Positions 1-10,404 of a DNA stretch of 64,000 bases are shown piece by piece. The notes under the pieces were generated by a model. The model did not search any database. It saw nothing but the letters and a program-made list of their open reading frames with translations, and had not been told where the DNA came from. Position numbers and translations under genes: made by a program. The number at the start of each line of letters is the position of its first letter. Positions within the stretch are counted from its first letter, which is position 1. The stretch spans positions 28,024,001 to 28,088,000 of the forward strand of contig OZ360245.1 in the NCBI GenBank assembly GCA_977017645.1, read 5' to 3'. The DNA is from Torpedo marmorata (taxonomy: Eukaryota).

Positions 1-190
1 CAGAAGCAATTACTTACCCTGCCTCTGAGTGTGTTAGACACCAAATAGAATGCCACCAAGGATGGACATTCAGGAGAAAATAAAACAACCGAAGGATCGA
101 GATTAAAAGACTTTTGTGTCATTGCTGTTTTTTTTTCTTTCTGGCAGAAATTTGTCTCAATTGCCAATTTTTAAATTTAAGTTTATTTTT

Positions 191-348
191 AAAATTTAGA
201 CAAACAGCACGGTAACAGGCCCTTCTGGCCCATGAGCCCGTGCCGTCCAATACACCCTATTGACCTACAACCCCCGTTTGTTTTGAAGGTCGAACCCAGG
301 TCGCTAGCACTTTAACAGCGTAGTGCTAATTGCTACGCTAACCGTGCC
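191..348 (-). mobile_element. tRNA-derived SINE (HE1/V-SINE-like), internally deleted
   Basis: Reverse complement shows head GGCACGGTTAGCGTAGC, B-box GGTTCGA and CR1-like tail GGGCCTGTTACCGTGCTGT; the central domain seen in other copies (e.g. 17921-18171) is missing. Confidence 0.8.
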
Positions 349-1203
349 AGAGAAGCAGGGAACTGAATGGATAGGGGGTGAAGTGGGAAGGAGCAAGGGG
401 AATGACAGAACCACAAAGTAAGAATTTTGGAGCATCTGTACATTGTACTTATGTATACGACAATAAACTCTCTTCTCACCTCAGATTGCCATGCAAGAAC
501 CATCGGATGTAAAATTCAAGTGGATTTGTGTATGGGTTGCCTGCCTGCCAACCTCAAACATGCTTGAACATGGAAGTCAGGATCATAGCTCCCTGAAAAA
601 TTCAGGTTCAAGCGGATGCTGCATGCCAAGGACCTGCAACGTTCCAGGATTATCATGAGATTAATATTAATATGCAAATCGGTGTGAATAACTTTGATGC
701 AAAATTATAGTGGCATTCAAAACTCTTCTGGTTATTTTCTGTGACGATATTAACAGTGTAAAGTTGATTGCTGATGAAGTGGGTGGGGTGGATGAGATGG
801 GGAAAGTGATGAAACTGGAGTTATTTCTCCTGATATAGAAAGAAGCTATTCAGCCTTACCAAAGGTAATGCCAGAAACATCTGCCCAGTGTTGGCAACTA
901 TTTTGGCATAAGATATGAAGCAAACCCTACTTAACTAGTCATATTGTGAAGAGGGACAAAAGGTAAATTAAAAGAATATCTGATTGTAAACTGCTTCAGT
1001 GTGAGATCATGCAGATACTTTCAGGATTGTTCTCAAATAAATGTTTCCCCAGTGCTCTCTTCTTGGATTTTCACTCTCAACTCCACCCTTCCTAGCTTAT
1101 CGAAGACAGTGGCCCCTCTCACCACAGCCACACCAATGACTTGAACACAAGATATTGTTGGCACAATCAGAGAGAGAATTGAAAGGGTTCTGTACCGTTA
1201 GAA

Positions 1204-1803
1204 GTACAACATGAAAATCTGTAGGCACCATGGTTAGAAGTAAAAACACAAAGCTGGAGAAACTCAGCAGGTCAAATAGTGTCCTTTATATAGCAAAGGT
1301 AAAAATACATAACCGACGTTACGGGCTTTAGCCCTTCATCAAGGTATGGAAAAATGTCGGCAGGCGTCCGAACAAAAGGGTAGGGGGGAGGTGTGGTTGC
1401 AAAGGCAGGAGGTGATAGGTGGAGAAGGGAGGGAGGGGACAGCAACAAGCAAGGGGAGGAGGGATGGCTAGGTAAATAGAGAGGGGAGGGGGGGAGGAGA
1501 GCTGGAAGGGGGAAGGGAAGGGGGGAGGGTGAAGGTGGGGGGAGGGAGGGGGAAGAGGAGAGCAGCTTAGCAGAAACCGGAAAAGTCGATGTTAATGCCA
1601 TCTGGCTGGAGAGTGCCCAGACGGAAAATCAGGTGTTGTTCCTCCAATTTACGGGTGGTCTTGGTGGGATAGTACATAAGGCCATGGACAGACATGCGAG
1701 TGTGGGAGTGTGACGCAGAACTGAAATGTTTGGCTACTGGGAGGTCTCTGTCACTGGTGCAGACGGAGCGAAGGTGCTCAGCGAAGCGATCTCCCAATCT
1801 GCA
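1204..1803 (-). mobile_element. Penelope-like element 3' fragment (GIY-YIG C-terminus, pLTR and tail)
   Basis: ORF 1567-1797 reads GDRFAEHLRSV...PVAKHF...KLEEQHLIFRLGTLQPDGINIDF; followed by a pyrimidine-rich tract, a hammerhead-like motif (GAAA changed to GTAA) and the terminal tail. Confidence 0.85.
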
Positions 1804-2105
1804 CTATTAGAGATGCCTTCAGCAGATAAAGGAAACATGCTGCCATCCTCAATTGAAGTAGGAATAGGGAAATGCTATTTAGCTGTAAAGGTTTAGGCTG
1901 GAGCTCATATTTCAGACAACAGTTTCATCACAGCCTTCTTTAGCTCTTTCCCATGGTGCACAAGCTCTCTGCTTGATTTCCCCTGTGTCGGTGGTAAATG
2001 CCATTCAAAAGAAGTTTCTTTAAATTAATGAATTGATTTCCTGTGTTTCAGGCTCAAGTGCGTTGTCCAAATGCAAGGTTATTACCCAGACACCAATAAT
2101 ATAAT

Positions 2106-2310
2106 AAAAACACAAAGCTGGGGAAACTCAGCAGATCAGTGTACTTTATAGAGCAAAGATAAAGATACATAACCAACGTTTTGGGCTTGAGCCCTTCATC
2201 AAGGTTATGTATCTTTATCTTTGCTCTATAAAGTACACTGTTTGATCTGCTGAGTTCCCCCAGCTTTGTGTTTTTACTTCAACCACAGTGTCTGCAGACC
2301 TTTGTGTTTT
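2106..2310. mobile_element. Penelope pLTR fold-back (hairpin) insertion
   Basis: 16-bp TSD ACACCAATAATATAAT at 2090-2105 and 2311-2326; inverted arms 2105-2174 and 2203-2276; loop is the hammerhead core on the minus strand. Confidence 0.9.
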
Positions 2311-3299
2311 ACACCAATAATATAATGACTATTGCTAATATGCAGAGCCAAAATAAGTTTGCAGGTGTCGGGCTTTCACCTGTCCCATGAGGTCATCGTA
2401 AGATAAATGTTACCTCTTCTAGGAATCCTTCATTTCCCTTTTAATATTGAATCATGTCCCAGGATGCGTGTTGAAATGACTTTTTCCTGAGTAAACCTCT
2501 GAGTGTGACAGAACACCCAATTGATGGTTCAATTTCTAACCATTTAACATGCTTGGCACTATGGAGGAGCAAGAGATACTCTACAGGTATTCCAGGCAAT
2601 CACTAGGATCAGTAGCTTGGAAATTAATTCATACTTTACCCCTCCATTATTCCAGCTGACTTCTAACACTTGACAGATTACAAAGTGTGTGTGATGTTGA
2701 TGGGAGACTTGGCAGAAAGCAAATTTCAGAAAGCAGTGTTATAACAAGAATCATCTTATAATAACATTGCAGATCTAGAAATATGAATGAGAAAATTCAT
2801 CAAGTATTAAAGAGGGAGAGTCAAAGCTACTGTCATGAGAGTGTTGACTTGAAATTCCTTACATTCACATCAGTGTCTCCACTTTACAAGGATTTCATTG
2901 TTTGTGAATCAGTTCATTAAGTCCTGAGGCAATCCGTGGTATCCTACCTCCCCACCTGCTGAACGCTCTAATTGAGAGTGCCCTCGAGCCACGAAACCAA
3001 CATCTAGCCTTTGAACACAACACATTGGCAGTTCCACCAGGAGATATTTGGAACTGTTTGAGGTGCTTTCAACAGATAAAGAAAGCATGCTGGTCATCTG
3101 ACATCTCCACTCCCCTCCCCATATCTGCGCTTTCCTTCCCCCTCTCCACCTCCCTCTTCCCCCCACCCATCTTCTCCTTCACTATTCTATAAATGCTAAT
3201 GATTCTGTTTCTTGATTTTGTTTAACTTAAAGGTTCCTTCATCAGATAAATTTGATCCTTATATGCTTCATTACAGTTTGAAATCCTGAAATGAAAATT

Positions 3300-3517
3300 T
3301 TAAAAAACTGCAGATGCTGGAATTCTGATATAAAAGCAAAGAGTGTTGGGAGAAAAATCTAAGTGAATACTTCAGGTCAAGAGCCCTTCATCGGAACTGG
3401 AAAAGTGAGAAAATAAAAAGAGTTTTAATCCAAGTTTGAAGACCTGAAATATTGTCTTTTATTTCCTGCAGAGTTGCCACCTGACATCCTGAGTATTTCC
3501 AACACTTTGTTTTTTTA
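3300..3517. mobile_element. Old degraded Penelope pLTR fold-back
   Basis: CTGCAGATGCTGG...CTTCAGGTC...CCCTTCATC on the left and GACCTGAAA...CTGAGTATTTCCAACACTTTG on the right are opposite-orientation pLTR motifs. Confidence 0.5.
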
Positions 3518-4214
3518 AATTATAGTTTATAATCCCGATTCTATACCTAGAGATAATTAGTAAGTTAAGAGGGATCAAGGCTGACGTACTTCAGGTTATC
3601 TGCAAAAGTGTCAAAATTTGACCTTAATCAGATATTTCAGGTTAAGTTTGTTCTGTTTCTTTGTGTATGGAAAGGGCCCCAAGTTCCCACTTTGTGTGTG
3701 CTTTGCTGTTTTCACTATCTTGCAAGTATATCCGCAAAATAAATGTGTCAAAACAATTACTTCTATTCATGATTTAAGTCATAGTGAAACAGCTGTAAGT
3801 TATTGTTCGGCAAGGACAAAATGCCTGATTAATCATTTTATTTCCTGCTTCTTGTATATTTTTACCCTTCAGGTGGAAAAAGGAAGAACCTGTCTCAGAA
3901 ACAGTCTGCACATTCATTTCCCGATGGCCCAGCGAATTATAGGTGTGAGTGTGGAATATTATATTGCGGAGTTTGAGGAAGTGTATAATATTTTGTTGGG
4001 TATCTGGCATTTTTTATGGTATATTTACAGGATGTGGATACTGCAGGTAAAGTCAACATGAGAAGTGATGGTGAATCATTGCTTTGAAATTCTTCAAGTC
4101 ATCTGTTGAGGGGACTTTTCGAATTTGGACCCAGAGACAATGAAGGAACAGTGATATCTTCCCATGTCAGGATGATCAGCAACCTAAAATTTAATTTTTT
4201 TTTATTTTAAAAGG

Positions 4215-4360
4215 GTTTTGAAGGGTGGGAGGAACCAGAGCACCCAGGGAAACTCCACGCAGACATGGGGAGAACGTACAAACTCCCTACAGACAACGCC
4301 AGATTCGAACACGGGTCACTGGTGCTGTAATAGCATCGCTCTAACTGCTATGTTAGCCAT
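4215..4360 (-). mobile_element. tRNA-derived SINE, 5' and central part
   Basis: Shares GGGGAGAACGTACAAACTCC...TTCGAAC...CTAAC with the other SINE copies in the window. Confidence 0.8.
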
Positions 4361-4579
4361 AATCAGGATGAAAACGGAAAGAGGTGGTGTCACCATGCAC
4401 CTGTGTAATTCACCCTCTGGGTGTTTGAGGTTGAAGATTTTGGAAGTGTTGTCAGAAAAGCCTTGGTAAACTATTGCAGTACTTTTTGTAGTGGTACATG
4501 GTGGAGTTACAATGCACAGGTGGTGAAGGTACTGGGGAGTGAATGTTTAGGGTGATAAGTGGGGCACTAATCAAATGGA

Positions 4580-5135
4580 ATACACAAAAGTGCTGGAGAA
4601 ATTCAGCAGGTCATGCAGCATCTGTAGTAATTAAAGGATAACCAATGTTTTGGGCCTGAGCCTTTTGTCAAGGTATGAGCAAAAAGCAGCCAGGCACCTG
4701 AATAAAAAAGTAGGGGGAGGGGCAGAGGAGAGGAAAGGAGGGGTCAGGGAAAGGTGGGTGGATATAGGTGGAGGATATAGGTGGGTGGGTAGAAGATAAA
4801 AAAGGTGAGAAGAAATTGTAAAGAGACTCAGGGGAGGGGTTTAACAAAAACTGGAGGTCAAATTTAATGTCATCTGATTGGAGAGTATCCAGACAGAATA
4901 TTAGGTGTTGTTCCTCCAAATAGCGGGTAACCTTGGTTTGGTAGTGTATTAGGCCATAGATAGACATGTCGGTGTGGGAATGATGTGTGGAATTAAAATA
5001 GTTGGCCACTGGGAGGTCCCTGTTATTGCATTGGACAGAGTGAGGGTGCTCAATGAAACGATCTCCCTGTCTGCGTCCAGTCTAGATGTAGAGGAGGACA
5101 TAACAGGAGCACTGAATGCAGTAGATGACCCCTCC
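4580..5135 (-). mobile_element. Penelope-like element 3' fragment
   Basis: ORF 4668-5009 begins with degraded GIY-YIG C-terminus (ANYFNSTHHSH...LEEQHLIFCLDTLQ); pLTR motif TGCTGGAGAAATTCAGCAGGTCA present. Confidence 0.75.
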
Positions 5136-6706
5136 TGTTCAACACCAATTAAGTGGGTGCATTGTCTTATTGGAAGGTGTTGTTCTTTCTGAGAATTTCT
5201 GGAGCTACATTCATTCAGTTAAACAAAAATTATTTAATTGCATTCTTCCTCATTGAAGGCTTTGAGGAGTCAGAAGAGAAATCACTTGCACTTGGATGCC
5301 TATATAGTGAACTGCTTGTGTATCCACAGTATTTATGCAACTGACCCAGTTAAGTCCCAGGGCAATCGTAACCCCAGGAATTTGATAATGAGGAACTTAC
5401 TGATGCTTGATGACCTTGACCTGGTGTTGCTTATGTGAGATTCCAGACCCATCAATATGATTGCTGACTAATAAATACCCTCTGAAATGGCCAAGCAAGG
5501 CATTTAGTTGAAGGGCAGTTAGGATAGGACAAGAAATGCTTGCTATACATTCCAACAAAAGAGAAAGCAAAAAGTTGATAACATTAAAGCAACAGGAAAA
5601 GTAAAAATTCTCTATGAAAGGCTTAATGAATTTTTAAAAAAGAGCTAAATTTGCAACCAGACAAATTCAATGATCCACCTGATAACCTTAGATCGCTCTG
5701 GAAAACACGACAGGTGTTTACCTCAGCAGCTGAAATGTGTATCATTTCCCTTTCTAGATGCTTACCAGAAGAAAACACATCTATGCTTCGAACAGTTTGT
5801 ACCTTGGCTGTAATTATATCCTAATGCTTTTTTTCTATTCGACACTAGTTTAAAAACAAGCATAAAAATTGTAGCAGATGAAATGTTACAGTAAAGATAA
5901 GAATTATTTTCTGTAGAACTCAGTTCTATATAAACACAGCTAAAGCACATTATATCTGGTAATTGCTATCTAATATGCTGTGAAGGCATTCACACCATTA
6001 TATTAAAGAGTCTCTTAGCATGAAATCCTGAAATATTAAACTGACTGTTTTGTGGGGGCCCAAAGCCAATTAACCTTTCTCACCCTGAGAGCAATACTCA
6101 GATGTGTCCCTCATTCAGCTTAAAGAACAGAATCCTCGCTATCTCAGAGAAACAAGCCTCATCAAATTTTCAGACACTGCTTCGTATATTAGACATCTTT
6201 ATTCAAAAGGTTGCACAATGAAACAAATGAGATTCATTTCTCCTCCCCTCATAATCAGCTCTCTTGCCCATGTGTTTCTCAACTGGTATTGAGGGAATTG
6301 CATGTGAAGATATATTTTCCTGTATGTTAAAAAAGCTGTGTCAACATTTCAACTCTCCTTTAAATTGAGTAACATGAATTCTTTTCACTTGACTCAACAA
6401 CACTGTAGATCTGTTGGCTCCAAAACAATGTATCAATGACCTGCATTTATACTTACAATAATAATATGCCTCATTTGCTGAACTGATAATTCATTTATTT
6501 ATGCCAATTAGATTGCAAATAAAGTTATAAAATCTGAAGTACCTTGCAGCTCTGTTGTAAATTAAAATTGAATTCCATGATTTCATGGAAAAGATTCAGA
6601 TTACTTCATTTTAACAGCAGATTCAAAACAAATCCCTTGACAACCACCCTCCAAAGCACAAACACATATACTCAACCAAAGTGAGAAAAAAGCCGCAAAA
6701 TATTAG

Positions 6707-6873
6707 CGCAGTACGCAAAAGTGCTGGAGAAACTCAGCAGGTCACACAGCATCCATAGAAAGTAAAAGGCGGTCGACGTTTCGGGCCTGAGCCCATCATC
6801 ACATTCCTGAGTTTCCCCTGCATTTCTGTGTACTTCACTAGACCCCAGCATCTGCAGATTTTCTTATTTACCT
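6707..6873. mobile_element. Mini Penelope pLTR fold-back with hammerhead motif
   Basis: 12-bp TSD GCAAAATATTAG at 6695-6706 and 6874-6885; minus strand carries TGATGATGGGCTCAGGCCCGAAACGTC. Confidence 0.8.
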
Positions 6874-6942
6874 GCAAAATATTAGTCTTAGCCACAAACT
6901 CCAGAAAGCTTGTGCTTATTAACCGTGCTGCATTCCTTTTAA

Positions 6943-7058
6943 TAAAAACACACAGAAAATGCTGGACCTCCTATGGACACTGCAAGACCGGCTGAGTTCC
7001 TCCACTATTTCTGTGTGTTTTTACTGCAATCACAACGTCTGCAGACTTTTGTGTTTCA
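6943..7058. mobile_element. Mini Penelope pLTR fold-back
   Basis: 15-bp TSD CTGCATTCCTTTTAA at 6928-6942 and 7059-7073; short inverted arms TAAAAACACACAGAAA / TTTCTGTGTGTTTTTA plus tail. Confidence 0.8.
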
Positions 7059-7184
7059 CTGCATTCCTTTTAAAGTAGCAAGTCTTGAGTTTGAGCTTCA
7101 CGATTGGATACAGTTATCCAGCAACTCGAAGAAGTAGCTGCATCTGGCTTTCTGGTGCTGCATCTTTACGGAAAGTGATTTTGA

Positions 7185-7275
7185 AGTTCCTGTGTCATCC
7201 CAATCAACATTCTTCCCTTAACCAAGGCCACCAAATGCAGATGAACTAGTTATACATCTCAGCGCTTCTTGATAG
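7185..7275 (+). mobile_element. Possible ancient DeuSINE (SacSINE1-like) core remnant
   Basis: CAACATTCTTCCCTTAACCAAGGCCACCAAATGCAGATGAACTAGTT resembles the Deu domain as I recall it; heavily diverged and not aligned. Confidence 0.35.
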
Positions 7276-7503
7276 AAGTATTTTAGTTTAATTTGACCAT
7301 CATGTTCAACACCGACATCATGGGCTGAAGGATCTATTCCTGTGCTGGTATATAAAAATGGGTGCAGAATAAATGCTTTTGTGGCTCCAAGTCATTTATC
7401 AAATGGTTTGAGATTTTTCCAAAAGCCACGATAAAAAGGTGCAGAATAAATAAAAGTCCTTCATTCGCCACTCTGATACTCAGAGGAGCATGGAACAGCA
7501 AGA

Positions 7504-7583
7504 GGCCATTCAACCCCTTGAGCCTGTACTGTAATTTAAATATGGCCATTCAACCCCTTGAGCCTGTACTGTAATTTAAATAT
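7504..7583 (+). repeat. Perfect 40-bp tandem duplication within an old CR1 3' tail
   Basis: GGCCATTCAACCCCTTGAGCCTGTACTGTAATTTAAATAT occurs twice, at 7504 and 7544. Confidence 0.95.
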
Positions 7584-7890
7584 ATTGTGGCTAATCTATG
7601 TCTCAAAAACACTTGCCTTCTTTTGATCTATTTTTGATGCCTGTGCCTTACAAATAAATATCAAACTTATGTCTTGAAAATCTCAGTCAAACCGCAGCCA
7701 TTCAGGGACCCTCTACCCATTGTGTGAAAACATTGATTCTGGAGTTCACATTAGAATAGTCTGACTTTAATTTAAGATTATGTCCCACTGTTCTAGATGG
7801 CTACTATCAAATATCCAATAAAACTCCTTATGCAGCACCATTACACGTTCCCTCAAAGTTCTGTTTATCAATTGATGAAATATTGAGAAA

Positions 7891-8601
7891 TATCTCGGAG
7901 GATCTTTCCTGGACCCAACACACCAATGGCATCGTGAAGAAAGCACGTCAGCGCCTCTACTTCCTCAGGAGTTTGCGGAGGTTTGGTATGACATCAGAAA
8001 ACCTGGCAAATTTCTACAGAGGTGTGGTGGAAAGTGTGCTGACCGGCTGCATCACAGTCTGGTATGGAAACACCAATACCCCTGAACGTAAAGCCCTCCA
8101 AAAGGTAGTGGACACAGCCCAGGACATCACAGGCAAAACCCTCCCCACTATTGAGTACATCTACAGGGAACGCTGCCGTCGGAGAGCAGTAGCAATCATC
8201 AAAGACCCTCACCACCCAGCACACGCTCTGTTCTCGCTGCTGCCATCAGGAAAGAGGTATAGGTGCCACAAGACTCGCACCACCAGGTTCAGGAACAGCT
8301 GCTACCCCTCTACCATTAGACTCATCAATGTCAAACTCAATCAGAGACTCATTTGAGGACTCTTACTTGTGCACTTTATTGATTTTCTTTTTGTTCTCTC
8401 TGTATTGCACAGTCAGTTTGTTTATATTCATTATCTGTTTACAGTTCTTTGTTTGTTTACATGTTTTACGCTGTGTACAGTTTATTTTTTGCACTACCAA
8501 TTAGTGGCAATTCTGCCGTGCCCGCAGGAAAAAGGAATCTCAAGGTTGTATGTGATGTCATGTATGTACTCTGACAATAAATCTGAAATCTGAAATCTGA
8601 A
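7891..8601 (+). mobile_element. Rex1/Babar LINE, 5'-truncated
   Basis: ORF ISEDLSWTQHT...[11 protein letters not shown]...GCITVWYG...LPSGKRYR; ends in AATAAA(TCTGAAA)n. Confidence 0.85.
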
Positions 8602-9197
8602 TGGAAAATGCAAATTAATCCTGGAAACTGTGAGGTGAGGTGAGGTATTTTGGGAGAAAAAGTAAGATTAAGACATATACAATGAATGTGCAATTCTGGT
8701 CGCCACACAAGAGGAAGAATGTAATGACACTGGAGAGGAAATTCACCAGGCTGTTGCCTCAAGTGGAGGATTTCAGCTATGAGGAGAAACAGGATAGACC
8801 AGCTTTTTTCCTTTGGAAAGAGAAGCTGAAGGGAGAACTTGATGAAGATATATAAAATGATGAATAGCATAAATGGGGTGAATGGTGAAAAACTTCTCCC
8901 CATACCAGAGGTATCTACATCCTGAGGGCAGATGTTTAAGGTCAAAAATAAGAGTTTTAGAAGGGATCTGAGGAAGAATATTTTCACCCACAGGGTGGTT
9001 GAAATCTGGAATGTGCTGCATGAGATTGTGATGGTACCTCTCACTGAAGATATATTTAAACGTACTCCAGAAATGCCATGGCTTAGAGGTTACAAGCCAA
9101 GTGTTGGCAAATGGGATTAGAATGGACAGGCACTTGATGGCTGACATAGAATTGTGGGTTGAAGATTCCATTTCCCTGCTGTGTGACTCTGTGACTC
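8602..9197 (+). mobile_element. CR1 LINE 3' fragment, degraded
   Basis: Fragments VQFWSPH...LERKFTRLLP and FRRDLRKNIFTHRVVEIWN; tail TGTGACTC repeats. Confidence 0.8.
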
Positions 9198-9449
9198 GAT
9201 TTCTAATATCAGCTTCCTGCAGACCTATCTTCATAACTGAACCAATGCAGTTCCGATATAATTCTGGCATGCCTGTGGTATACAAACACTGCAGTCAAGA
9301 TATTTTCCCAGGTGCAATGTCCAATGGGGCGTTGTACAACAAAGTTAAACATACCCGAAACGTTGGCTATCCTTTAATTCCTATAGGTGTTGTGTGACCT
9401 TCTGAGTTTCTCTAGCATGTTTGAGTATGTGTAAAACAAAAGCAAGATT

Positions 9450-9933
9450 TGTGAGAGTCGACCCGTGCTGTAATAAAACAAACAACAGCAGAACCTAAGA
9501 ACGTACAATCACTTCTTTATTGTGTTACGCAAGCGGGAGTGAGGGGTACAAAGGAAGAGTTCAGTAACTCGTTCTCTACACTGATCCCCACTCAATGCAT
9601 ACAGAGTATTCATCCCATTTTTATACACCTTCAAGCAGGGGTCTGTGTGAGACCCTACAATTTTCACACCAGTTTCACACAGCTGGCGATTCCTGTTTTT
9701 ACAACAATATGTTCCCTTGTGGTGTCTGCAGACAAGCTGGCAAAAACAAGATGTCCTTCTTCTTTTATTTAGTCTTACTACATTCTTTATGGTGTTAGTT
9801 ACTATCTCACTACAGCAAAGGGAAGGTCATGTTAGAAGGCAGTCACATTCTCACCTATGTTACAAGGCAACTATATTCTCACCCAATTCATTAACCCTTT
9901 GTTAAGCATATTCGTTAAACTTATTCTTTCACA
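9450..9933 (-). mobile_element. Solo LTR (ERV- or Gypsy-like), 484 bp
   Basis: Termini TGTGA...TCACA; 4-bp TSD GATT at 9446-9449 and 9934-9937; minus-strand TATAAAA (~9620) upstream of AATAAA (~9518). Confidence 0.85.
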
Positions 9934-10404
9934 GATTCGCTTTTATTTTTCAGCACACTAGAGATGAAGGCCAGCATTCAATGATCATTTTGATATACTG
10001 GTAATTTTGCACCTATCCGTTTTTAGTGACCTAGAAACATAAATGTTCTAAGCCCTCTGAGCATTTGAAATGTATTGTACCTATTAACTTAAGTCCCTCT
10101 TCATTACAGAAATACCCTAATTTCATTTACATGTACCCAACATGGATGCCTTTTCAACAAATCTCTTTATTTGTGTATATTCCTCTTAGCATCATTTGCC
10201 ATCTGGGTTATATTTCTCTCTATCCTTCGTCCAAGTAACAATATTAATGACAAAAAGTTGAGGTCAACCTATAGTTTGTTGGAGAACACCAATTATCACA
10301 TCTCACCAGAGAATATTCCCTTTACCTTTATTCTCTGTCATTTATCTCCTGCACAAATGTAAACCATAGTCACATCTCACAGGTCTGCTTCCAATTCTCT
10401 ATGG

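Noticed and set aside
661-679. Octamer ATGCAAAT next to an ATTAATATTAAT palindrome, suggesting an Ig or snRNA promoter
   Set aside because: No leader/V exon, RSS or snRNA follows, and several other octamers occur in this AT-rich window, including inside repeats.
1272-1601. Pro/Ser-rich ORFs (also 53155-53734 and 62105-62488)
   Set aside because: They are translations of the low-complexity pLTR pyrimidine tract, not genes.
3618-4061. 147-aa ORF
   Set aside because: No recognisable domain and a non-ATG (TTG) start; only the internal 72-nt exon candidate is kept, at low confidence.
5766-5820. Minus-strand candidate exon with a GTAAG donor
   Set aside because: The acceptor region is purine-rich with no polypyrimidine tract, and the peptide is unrecognised.
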